A DNA stretch of 64,000 nt from NCBI GenBank assembly GCA_964247055.1, contig OZ176054.1:8990001-9054000 (forward strand), read 5' to 3'. Below the pieces are notes generated by a model. It did no database searches and was not told where the DNA came from. It saw only the letters and a program-made list of their open reading frames with translations. This stretch comes from Paragordius varius. Taxonomy: Eukaryota; Animalia; Nematomorpha. Both the position numbers and the translations under genes were made by a program. This document shows positions 41,701-54,500 of this stretch, piece after piece (position 1 is the stretch's first letter; each line of letters starts with the position of its first letter).

Positions 41701-44518
41701 AGCGATAATAGAAGAGCTTAAATAGGTGGGTTATTAATAATATAATGTACGTACAAATACATTAGTTAACATATAGGAAACAATAAGCAAATATCGTCAC
41801 AATAATTTATAATCATAATTAAATATAAAATTAACTAATTTAAATAGGTATTGTATTTAAGGGGACTAAAAGAGATCATAGTAAAAGGCAATCAGATTGC
41901 ACAAAACGAGATCTTTTGATAAAGGTATTTTTTTAATCATCGAGGACAAGATAGCAAATATTTTGAAATTAGAAATGTATTACTGATTATAAACCAAGAT
42001 ATATGTGTGTAAAGTTAACATAAAATTTTTTAAAAAAATATCGAACCGCATATATTTTTTAATTTTAAGACAAAAATTTCTTACGGGCTGCATAAATTTT
42101 TTGGAGGGGCTCATGCGGTTCGCGTGTTGGCCACCCCTGGTTTAAAGCTTAAACAGTTATATATGCACTTAATTCATTGATAATGCATATATTGACTAAA
42201 ACAACCTACATGAACATTTCTAATTATATAGGAGTTAAAAATGTTTGTAAAATTTACATTTATAGAATTAACAACAAATATTTAAATTGGGGATAAACAA
42301 ACCTGTGTAGTTTTTCCTATGCCAGGTAAGCCCTTAATGATAACAACGGAATGTTTTCGTATGGCTTCCAATATCACAGGTTCATAGTTAAATATGGGTA
42401 AATTTTTTCTTTCATCCAGAATCTAATGTTTGTCAAATTAAAAAAACACAAACCTTAGTAAGGATTGAAAAGTTTTCAACTTTATTCGTCCATTCTTTCT
42501 TCAATTGTTCATTCAAAACTTTGAAATCCTAAAAGAAAAGATTAATAATAAGAAAATGATAATCTCACAATAGGATTCGAAATTTCCGTACATGCCCATG
42601 TATCCCAATCATTAACAGGTCCATTCCATAATTCTTTAACATTAAAAAAATGTATAATACGTGGTGAGGGCTTCACAAAAGTTGCATCTGGATACACGAT
42701 ATTGATTTCGGACAAAAGGTCATTGTAACTTTTAACATTGAGAATAGCTTTTTCTGGTACCTGTAAAAAGTCAAAAAGGAATATATTTACACATACCATA
42801 GGTGCTAAATTTGAGGTTTTAAAATTAAACTCAATAAATTAAACCCAACAGCTGTTTTCTAAATTTTTTGTTTAAAAATCAAATATATGCACACTATATA
42901 ACCATATATATATATATTAAATATGTTTACAATGTTGATGGGGATTAGTTGCAAAGTCTCTAACGCTTGATCGAATTCAGCATCAACTTCGGGGTGTAAG
43001 TTAACCATATATGGTTCCATCTAACGATACATGCATAATATTGTAAGTTATCGTAAAAATTAAAACTAAAATACAGTACAATAAATTATTAAGAAACTAG
43101 GATTAATATATTTAAATAAAGAATAATATATTTCAAACAGTTATATTCAAATATAACCTATCGTTTGTCATACAAAAAGAAGATTTTCTATATAAACTGA
43201 TAACACCCTGAAACAAATTTCCCAATCATGTAGGTTAAATAGTAAAAAACTTACGTTAGAAAAAGTTATAAGTTTTTTTTTTCATTTTAATTTTTGTTAG
43301 ATAAAAGATTCAATTAAGCGAATTAAATAGAATGTATACATTCCAATCGACTCCATTTTCTTTATTAGCAGATGATGATTTATCATAGGGTTCAATGAGA
43401 TCCATGTGAAACAATTGTCGCAAAAGCATAAGGGCACATGCTTTGGAAGCCGCAATTTTGGTTGGGCCATGTTCGGATGCTGTTATCGTAGTATTTTTAT
43501 CTTTGAGATATATGCTCATGTCTGCTATGTAGCTTCTAAGAATGAAAAAACAAGAATAAAATACTACTGAATTAAATTGCAAACAATAAATATTAAAGTT
43601 TGGAACCAAAACTGTTCTTAATTTAAGTTTCAAGTAATTTTTGCTAGAAAACGGTTATATCGTTCGTTGTTTTGTGCAAAGTTTGGTGGTTCATTGTGGT
43701 GAAATGGTTAATGTATATTGCATCAAAACATTATAAATATAAAATTGTTTTTGGAGTTGCGTAAAAAGATTAAGATTACCATCTTATAAGCTAAGATATA
43801 TATAAAAATAATTTTTAAAGTTAAAAAAAGAACGAAAAAATGACAATATGCCGTTTGTTTTTTGTCAACAAATAAAATGTGTACTTGTTTTGAAGACTCG
43901 TACCCACAACTTTATATTCATATTGAGTGGAAATACGATTCGATTGTAAAAAATGATGTAATCTAGTTTTGGCATTTTCTAACTTCCAATCCCCATGAAG
44001 TACAGCGGTATCATCGATATGATCAAACTATATTTAATATATTTTTGATAAATAAAAATTTTATTATATATATTATAAAATACAAAAGAAAAATATCTTT
44101 TCCAAAAAAAATATATTTTATTAACAAAATGTTTAAACATACCTCCTCCAATTTTTGTCTGCGTTTAACTTCATCCGTTTTTTCGACACAATCAGAAAAA
44201 TATGACTGGGCAGATTCTAAAATAGGGAAAATTATTAAACCTTTAGGCATATTATCAACATCATAATCCTGCGGTATGTAACCTTCATTGACTAAATAAT
44301 CGACAAAATTTTTAGCGGCACAACCTTGTGCTTCTTTCTTATTTGAAGCTACCCCTTGAGCTACATAATCAATCGTTGTAATAAAAGCCTATATTAAAAT
44401 AAAAAAATACCTGACAAATAAACTGTGGAGTCTTGGTTCCAACACTTTTATACTCATAACTTAAATTTTTTCCATTTTTTGAACACCATGTATACAGGTA
44501 ATTCTTTACATCAGCCAT
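31669..44518 (-). CDS. DHX9: DHX9/RNA helicase A/maleless-like protein with degenerate helicase motifs and a long low-complexity C-terminus; 30 exons, ~1,806 aa
   Basis: dsRBD1 MADVKNYLYTWC...ASNKKEAQGCAAKNFVDYL; dsRBD2 LHGDWKLENAKTRLHHF...ACALMLLRQLFH; MTAD-like WNGPVNDWDTW; then RecA1/2, HA2 (LTSLGKILVNFPFDPKIGKMII) and OB fold. All 30 hand-built exons are GT-AG and phase-consistent. The last six exons (34697-31669) are less certain than the core. Confidence 0.9.
32991..33226. mobile_element. Tc1/mariner-type MITE (236 bp) in a DHX9-like intron
   Basis: Degenerate TIRs (T/C)AGTG...CCCCC(T)TATGAT flanked by TA on both sides; a related copy starts at 63930. Confidence 0.65.
33964..34090 (-). 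ncRNA. Candidate intronic box H/ACA snoRNA
   Basis: GC-rich island in an AT-rich intron. The minus strand folds into a 13-bp upper stem with G-U pairs, has an H box AGACGA 14 nt after that stem, a weaker second hairpin and ACA near 33967-33971. Confidence 0.4.
41456..42139. mobile_element. hAT (Buster/Charlie-like) MITE, 684 bp, in a DHX9-like intron
   Basis: TIRs CAGGGGTGTTCAACAC / CAGGGGTGGCCAACAC; 8-bp TSD ATTTAAAG / GTTTAAAG (one mismatch). Confidence 0.88.
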
Positions 44519-44592
44519 TTTAAAAACAAATGTGTGAATCAGAAAAAATGTGCCATTAAAAGTTTTACCCGTTGTTTTTAAATTTGAAATTA
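44519..44592. promoter_or_regulatory. Putative bidirectional promoter spacer DHX9-like/NUP210
   Basis: 74 bp between the ATG at 44518 (-) and the ATG at 44593 (+). Confidence 0.55.
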
Positions 44593-47500
44593 ATGTTTTG
44601 GATAATTTTATGCGCTCTTTTTTTGGGATTTGTCCGAAATCAAACGCCAAAATTAAATACACCGCGGTTATTGGTTCCTTATAATTTGGGAAGTACTGTT
44701 GAATACGTTTTATATGCGTCAAATGGATGTTTTAAATGGTTTTCTAACAATCCAAATGTTGAATTAATTTTTGATTCGCCTTGTTCAAATAAATCATTAT
44801 TGTTAATAAAAAACAGAATAAATTTTGCTTTAATTGAAGCCGTCGATCATAGTATAATCATTTAATTTTTTAGTTTATAAACTTAATTGTGATGTTATAA
44901 TGGATGATATTGATCGGATAGAAATAATTAGCTCTACAAAAATTTTATATATCGAAAATACCCCAGAAATATTGATTGTTAAGGCATACAACACAAAAAG
45001 TTGTTTTAAAAATCATATTTTAGATGATTTATTTAGTACGTTAGCTGGCATCCCTATAATATGGAATTTAGATTCGGTTTATAGTCATGATATAATTTCG
45101 TAAGTTACTTAATATTCCCTTAATGTAAATTTTTTATAAAAATTTATAAAATGATTTACATGAATCAGTATTAAAATTTTGATCCATAATAAAATATAAA
45201 AAAGAGTAGGTTTTTGACCCTTCATTAATAGAAGCAGGTTTAATTGCTTGTATATGCATTTATTTACGGTCAAAAACAGTAAATATATATGTATATTTAT
45301 GCTGAAACTAAACAAAACGAATTTAATCAAATTTGGTTTTTTTAAGAAAATAACCCCGTTTCACCATAAAATTAATTATATCTGTGTTTTATACACGTGA
45401 TTACTATGTTAATATACTTGATGTTGAAAGCGGTCGCATTCATTGTCATAAATGTAATGACTGTTTGGGCCCATTCATACATATATGTCCTAAAAAAATA
45501 GTTGTAAAAAGTTTGTAAATTAATATATAAATTCATAAAATTTTTGATTTGATATTATTTAAAAAAAAATTTAGGTAACGATGAATAATTATGTTGTTTT
45601 TAAACTAAATACATATAAATAATTTCCACAATCAGATCATCATTGAACTAGGGAAAGTAAAAAGTGACTACCACGCATAACGCACTAAATAGAGTTTTGA
45701 CTACTTTATTTATAATTTTATAGATTTGAATATTTTGCAAATTCATCCTATGCTGTGGATGACTATATCATTGATATGGAAGCTAATGGGTTCCGTGGTG
45801 ATAAAATATTGGTTTCTGCTCATAAAACTGGCACTGTTCGAATTACGGCAAAATTGGCAGATCCTGGATATCAAGTTTTATCATCGTTTTTGTGGCTATA
45901 ATATTAAAATTATAATCGGAAAAGCGGTCTAAATTAATAGAGATATTAATAGTTTATATGTCATTTGAACGCGCATCATCATATAAAAATGTAAAACCAT
46001 TTTTTAAGGAAAAAATATTTGTATATCCTACTTGATTAAGAGCGGACTTTTATATTTTGATGAAATGCATTTTTTTGACTCATTTTTTAATCAGCGGTTT
46101 GAAGTCTTAAAGTTTTTATGTAACCATATACGAGTGTTTTTATCATAAATCTGCCACGGATTAATATTTAATAGCAAAAGACTTTCGGTTAATTTTAATT
46201 AAACCGAGGGTAAACCCATCTAAGAGAGGGTAAATGCCCAAATTTATATAACATTGCTATAAAGTCATTAAATTTATTATTATTAAGTTTTTTCCTATTT
46301 AATGTTTAAGTCATATATATTTATTGCTATTAATATCCAAGTTTTATTAGAATATTAGTGGTCATAATACTATTTAGTATTTATGAGATACATTTTACTT
46401 TTTTTATTTGTATTTATCATATAGTTAATTTTGGTCTTATTTGATTATCCCTCGAAATCCAAGATAGTAATATAAATAAATTTTACCCAAGTTTATTATT
46501 TTTTTTATTACTATCATATGTTTTGTTTTCAACCTAGGCACAAAAAATCTTCCAAATTATAATTAATTTCGATTTTGAGATATGATCTTTTTTATTTTAT
46601 GGGTTAAATATAACATTCTAAAAAATATGTTAAAATAGGTTTGAAATACCATTAAATTAAATATATGGCTAAATATGTTTTTTTGCAAAAAAAAGTTTTA
46701 AAATTATTTATAGCGAGTTTTTGTTTAAAAATAAATGATATAATTGAGATACATTTAACATATTTAATTATGAATTTAGGTTTTAAATTTGGATCTATAT
46801 TATTTGTTTCATTTCATATTATTAGCACGTTAAAAGTCACTCCATCGTTTTTAGCGTGATAGCCAACCTTATAATGGAGCCTAATGGTCGCATTTATGCA
46901 CAAATAAATACCTTAATACCAATCAAATTATTCCAAAAGAAATTTGATGAGTTAGTAGGTTAAAATCTATTTTTTATTAATAAAAGTGGCTTTTATATTT
47001 ACTTTCAATAGATTTACAAGTTGTTATATCTTTTAATCTTTAAAATAATTTTTGCATTTATTACAATTATTTTTCCAAGTAATATAAAATTTATTATTTT
47101 TACCCAATTAATCTAATTCAAATCAACATAATTTGTTTGCATTTTAAAGTTTTGTTCGAATCATTTATCATGTGCATCGTATTCTATTGTTTCCTTTGAA
47201 AAGCACTCGGATAATAGAATTAATGTCAAAGAAATATTTCTTTTTTACAAAAATGCATATGTTTTAGAGATATCATTGGATAAAGACGATGATTGTACCC
47301 CTGAATATAAGCTGCAACTTTCGTCAGATACTCATTGTAGCATTAAACACGGAAGTGAAATAATGACTCAATCTTTGGGTGAGTGTCATGTTACTTTGTT
47401 GCTTTCAAACCATGACAACAATGACAAACAACAACAGCAATTGGGCAAAGAACGTCGTTATCATATGCCAACATTACATATCCATGTGGTTGACGTTTCT

Positions 47501-50015
47501 CATTTAGGTTTACTGTTTTTTCATTGAAATCATTTGTACTTTACAAAATTTGACAAATTATGGTGGTTTCTACATTTTGGGTATTATTTAATATTGTAGA
47601 TGTGCTTTTTATCAATATTAAAGTAGTGTTGTTGGGACCGGTTCGGAAAGCAAAAAAACACTGTTTGAATTTTGGCTTAAGTGGTTTCATGCCTTGGTTT
47701 AAGACTGAGGTTTCCGATACCCGCAGCCCACATGCTGCCCTCTGATATATTATGTACAGCCCGCGAAAAATTTGGAAATTATTAATAAATACGAATTCCT
47801 CCATAATTTGCCAGAATATATTCTTAAAACTTGATAAATTTGATATTTATTTAACACATTTTTAATAAATCTTGCCCAATAGGCAACTAGCAAAAGTTTG
47901 TGAAATAAATAGCAGTGTGTTTGCAAATTTTTGCGATTGTTTGAAATTAAATAAAATATTTATTAATATCTTTATATATATTTTGTGGGCCGCCGTTTTT
48001 TGAGTCAAAAAAAGCGGCTTGCAAAGCCATTTGTATAATTGAAGACATCCTTGGTTTAAAGGCTATATAACGTTATTTTGTTAATATAAAATTATTATAA
48101 TTATCGCTTTTTATGATTAAATAAATTTTACATTTTGTGTATATTATGGTGTAATTATCATTGGTATATTAATGAATATAATGATGGTATGGATACTTGA
48201 ATATTATATTATTACGTTCTCTATTTACAGACATCCTAATTGAGTAAAATTATATAATTACGTTCTTGATTTACAGACATCCTAATTGAACCGAGAAATA
48301 TCGCAATTATGGAGTTGGATCGCATTTATTCTGTTGTTATAAACGTATTTGATGAAGCTTCAAATGCAATTTATCCATCCTCGGTAAATGTTGACAGAAA
48401 ATTACAAATTATAATTTTATTCAACGTTTTTTTGTTAAACAATATTAATATAAAAAATATTACTGTAATAAATGTAATTAAATTTGATTAAATTATATAG
48501 AATGTCGATATTAAATTGTTTGAACTAAACAATGATTTGTTGGAGATAGAAAGATTTGTACCAAATGGGACAATATATCATGTTAAACCATTAACAAAAG
48601 GAATAACACACTTGAGAGCCGAAATGGTACATTGTTATCTGTTTTAGTTTTTTTTAATCTAATTTAATTGAAATATAATTCAATAATAATTTTGCCTAAA
48701 ATAAAACATATTTAAAAGATAACAATTATCTAAATATATTTAATAATACCTACTTTTTTGTGAATGCATAAAAAAAGTTTTAAATAAGTCGGCTCCCTAT
48801 CAAATTTGGGCCTGTAGCCTGCCTTAATTTAATTCATAATAGTTTTCCAAAAAATATATTTGAGTTATAATAACAATTATTTTGTTTAAATTTAAGGATG
48901 CAGCCAATGTTATTTTCAAGGAAAAAGAAATTACCGTTTATGATAAAATACGTATAATGCCACGCAGAATAGTTATCCCGCATGATCCATTGAACCTTGA
49001 CACAACTTATGAAATCAAAATGAAAGTATCCAATATTGAATATGAGTTTAATGTCGTCATTTTAATTGAGTTTGGGATTCTCAATAAAAAAATTATAACC
49101 AGTCTGACAGCTTATGAATATTGTCATATGAATTTATCCGTTAATAAAGTATTGTGGGTTCAATAATGTTTTATCGATATAAAAGTTAGAAGTTTTTGAC
49201 CGATTATTATTGTTATATTTGGTCAAATTCATGGGAATGAATGCATTTATAATAACCGGTCTAACCCAATCCTAATTTTTAAATAATTTATATTCAATTT
49301 TAGTCTTGGTTTTTATTCACTAAAATAATACTTTTTAGGCTTTTGGCGGGAGTGGTAAATATGGGTGGCGGTCCACAAACGAAAGTTTAGCTGTTGTAAC
49401 GGATCCGAATAAAGGACATTTTACAATATTTGGCAAATATTTAGGGGAATCAACTATTTTGGCTTACGATGTTTTAAATCCATTACATTTGGCTACTGGC
49501 ATGGTATAATTATACACCTTGTTTTTGAATAATAACTTATTTATCATTTTGAATTTTTGATTCTCAATGTATAGATTGATATTATATATATATATATATA
49601 TGTATGTAATGTATAGAAAATATAATTATTTTATATTTTTAGAATAGCGATCCCATGTTATGGCAAACAGTATGTTTTAAAAATATCTGATATCCTACTC
49701 TATTTTTTCATACTGCATGCCTGTATAACTTAACACGAGCACTCTTTATACCTAAGACCCCATATATACTAACAAAAATTATGTTAATAAATATATATAC
49801 GAGCTTTAGATAGATTATGTTTTTTTGATTCGGTTCTAAGGAAATAAATGTTTTTTAATCAAATCAAAACCCTAAAATGTGTTTATAAATTACTAATTTG
49901 TTCTTATATATCTTTGCCGCTGCTAATATGCATAACATATAACATTTTAAACAAATTTTACAAACATTTTTTGTTCCTTTTAGTGAATTTATGTTCATCA
50001 CAGGTACTTTATTAT

Positions 50016-50061
<46 letters not shown>

Positions 50062-51492
50062 TATATATGTATATATACCATTTACAATTCAAATTCACCC
50101 TCTAACTAATCAAAAATACCCTTGATGAATTCATATTTACCCTAAAAATAAATTATATGTTTTCGGGATAATGTAACCCATCATTAATATGAACTATTTT
50201 TTTACGACGTATTTATTATTTTTTCGGCATTATAGTAATTTTAAACAGAATTTCATATTTTAAAAATATTATAAAAACAAGGTAATTTTTAATTTTAAAA
50301 AACACATAATTTATTTTAGGGTGAATATGAATTGTTTGAGAGTGAATTTGAATTGTTCAAGGGTGAATGTAAACTGTAAATGGTATTACATATACCGAAA
50401 TTATATTATTTAGATAATGGTTTTACTACCATATAAAATGAATTTTTTGATCCAAAGTTCAAAAATTGAAGCTTATGTCGGTGAGTTCATATCATTAAAT
50501 CTTGCTGTGATTGGGAAATCTCTCAATGGATGTAATTAATTTTGATAATATATTTTTAACGATATTTCATACATTTTTTTTTGTAATTATTTTAACGTTA
50601 CTTTTATAGCTGAAATGTATTTTACCCATTGTCAAAATTTATCGATTCAAATTTACATTGATAACTCTAATGCTTTCATCCAAATGTCCGAAACAATAAT
50701 ATCAAAAGACATAAATAATATGTACGAAATTGAAAATTATTTTGATTTTCCACACACCGGTTCTTGTTCAACGATACGATTGAAAGCATTAAAATCAGGT
50801 TTCAGCACTATTACGGCTTATTACAGTTACAAATCTCTTGGTATAGATCTTAAAACTTCTATTCAAATAGCAGCTTATGATTATATGCAAGTAACAACAC
50901 CATTGTTAATTTTATATTAATTTGGAGTAAATCCGTCTGAAATTACATGTGTTTTATACATTTTTATATTAAAATTCATATTCTGTCAGGGCCTAAATTT
51001 ATTAATTTATTTATAAATTTTTAATTTGTTATCGAGCATCTATCTATTATAGAAGAGTGCTTGATTTTTAATAAATTTTTTCAACATTTTTAACAAACTT
51101 TTTTTTTGTTAATTCCATTGGAAATACTGTTTAAACAATGTATATAAATATTTTCCACAGATAATTAAACCAAAGGAAGATATAGTAATAGCACCCAAAA
51201 CCTCAATACTCATAGGCTTAAAAAATGGACCACTTCCATGGGCCAATTTTGCTAAATCACATTTTATTGATGGTATATTACCTTTTTTTATCATTAATAA
51301 TGATATTTAGTGTACCATGAAAAGTCAGAAACCGAATTTTTCGACCATTTAATAAAGGGTATAGCTTTGGATAGTTTGGAAGAAAGATCAAGTAAATAAT
51401 TGATATTATGTACAATGTAAAATGATAAAAAGTTTGGTATTAGATATTTGGTTAAATTTTTAGATAGGTTATTTTAAAAAGCAATATTATTG

Positions 51493-51551
<59 letters not shown>

Positions 51552-54500
51552 CCATTTACAATTAAAATTCACCCTCAAATAAAATATATGATTAAATTAC
51601 CTATATTTTTTATATTTTTAAATAAAAATTTTGTTTTGAATGATAATACCGAAAAATAATAAATTATGCCACAAAGATATATTTCATATTAATAATGAGT
51701 TATATTAGTTCGAAAACACATAATTTATTTTTTGGGTATATTTGAATTGTTCAAGGGTGAATTTGAACTGTAAATGGTATACATAGTATAATATATATTG
51801 ACAAAATGTAATTTATTACGCAACATTAATAAAATTAAATTTAATCTGTAATTTTATTGACAACTTTGCACCTCTCACAGATATTAATTGGATAAGATTA
51901 GAGTGCTTGAAACCAGGTACCTGGTTTACATCAATCAGTAATGGAAATCACCCCTTTGCTATCAATCCAAACCCAATGGTGGCCCAAATAAATTTTACGT
52001 ATTTATTTTATTATTTCATGTGTAAAATTTAATAATAAGTTTATGATACAAAGATTAATTATGGTAATGGATTAATGAATAATTATAAAAAGGCAACATT
52101 CTTATGTCATCTGGAAAATTTTAAGGTTAAAACTTTTAAATTTACATTGTTATGGTAATTTTTTGTATTTGGGTTAAATTAACTTTTTTTAGCAATTAAC
52201 TTTAGCATTTGACAAAAATATATATTATTTGTTTACTAAATAATATTTATATAAATAGTATATTTTGTGAACAACCGAAGGAAATAAAACTCATACCTTT
52301 TTATCCGCACACCCTTAATGATCGTAATAGCAAACATACCTTATCTCATCATTACTGCCCATATTCGCATTCATCAGATGTTGAGGTAAAAAGGCTCAAA
52401 AAACATAAGCGTATGGCAAATAATTAAATATAAATCTTTTTTTTATACACAGAAAATTATTTCAATTCAAATGTAACATTTTTTACACACTTTTAATCAA
52501 AGGTAATTTTATTTTACTAATGATTGAGAAGTCCAGAAATTATGATTGCTTTTGTAAGAACCCTTTTTAAAAAGCATTAATTAAGTTGGTGCATATCATA
52601 ATATTAAAATTAGCTAAAATAACGCAATAGATTTAACATTTAAGAGTAGAAGAAAGATGATATTTAAAGTTTGGCATTTTCCACAATTTTTTTTTCTATA
52701 ATAATCGACTTATCCATAAATATTTGAGATTAACAAATTTATTGTTCTACTTGCACATCTATGAAAAATTCACCAAACCTTTTAATTTCCATTTTGATGC
52801 CTTAATTATTATAGACATAGCCACACTTTTGCTTATTGTTCCAACAAAAGTAATATTTTTACAATAGCCTTAATTTTTTGATTGATCTAGCTCGCTTCAT
52901 CGTTATATCGATAATTTGACGGGTTGTTATTGAAATATTGTTTTGATAGCATAACATTAAGATTATTCTTTTATTGAAAATTGATACTAGTTAGATTTTT
53001 GCCTATTTCAATACAATCAATAATCTTTTGTGTCTTATTTTTGTTTATTACCTTGCGTGCTAAAGATATATCCAGTGTTGTTGGAACACCCCACAAAAGT
53101 TATCATTAACATGTACGATCATTTGGGAAGACAATTTTATAACTTTTCCTCCATAAATCTTAAATGGTCAGCATTATCAACAATCCAGGATGAAAATATT
53201 GGGTCATTTAACTCGGGTGAAATTTTAACGAGTTTTCACAATTATGATCTACATTGTGAAAATTTTACATTTCCCTCTACACTTATGGAATCTGAAAACG
53301 TTTCCTATTATAATCTTCCTACGTGTATATTTTTTATAAATATTTTATTGTATATAATTTTGATTTTCATATAAGGCTCGATATTATATATTTATAATAT
53401 TCGTTTATATTTTATTTTTTTATGTTTAAAGGGTTAAGGACCGAACGCATAATATTAGGTTTTGACGCCTTCGCTGTAATTATATATTTATATGGGGATA
53501 AATATATATTTGTGTTTTGCAATGGTCTCATATATAAGTGCACAAATGACATGAGGATAAATACTCAACAATAATAATTGGATTTTTATTAAATAATCTC
53601 ACTAATTGTACCAAAAAATCCAAATTTTATATTTAACATAGTATTAGCCTCATTTTCACTCTAATAAACCTTGACTCTCTTTTAGATTATCAAATTTATT
53701 ATCCTCCGAAAAACGATTCACCAACGCTGGAACAAATAAGTCTTTTGAATGATGGATTAAATTTACCAACCTTAGAACCTTTAGAAAACCAAATCGCTAT
53801 TATCCAAGCATCTAAGCATTCAACAGCCTTTGATGATATTTTGGAGGTTAATTTTTACTACCTTTTTTGTTTTTCAAATTGCCTAAAAACTAAATTTATG
53901 TAACTTTCTTATCTATATATTTTGTGATAAAACATTTGAATCACTAAATTTTATTTATTAGGTTAAAATTATCCAAAAATGGTTAATTACTATAAAAAAT
54001 TGGTAAATAATTATTTAAGTTACATATATTACTGTGATTGTAAATTACAGTAAAAACTGAAATCCTAAAAACAAATTACCACCTCCCAGGGATATTGGTT
54101 GGGGCATGAAAATAAAAATAGGCTCGTGGCAAAGTCCATTTTTCCAATGATCTGTAAAATCATTAGTTTTACACTAGGGCATTATTTTTTTAAAAAATCG
54201 CCTCAATAAACTATGAAGTATGAATATTCCGAATATATATTACTTCGTGGCAAATCTGGATTTATGATCTCTACCTATCTAAAACCTCACGGCAAATATT
54301 TTTTTTCAAAAGAACCCTGTATTTTTAATCACTTACAGTCATGTATGTTTAGAATTGTCAGATATACGTATTTAATTGATTTTACTTTGTTTTTAATTGT
54401 TTACAATAAAAGAGCTATTATTATTTTAATGCTTAAAAATGCGCATGTTGAAAGTTGATATATCAAGCATTAAAACAATTAAAAACAAATTATAATCATT

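Noticed and set aside
49026-49338. NUP210 intron with a GTATCC 5' end as a U12-type intron
   Set aside because: The sequence is GTATCCAA rather than GTATCCTT, and there is no TCCTTAAC-type branch site near the acceptor. At most it is a converted relic.
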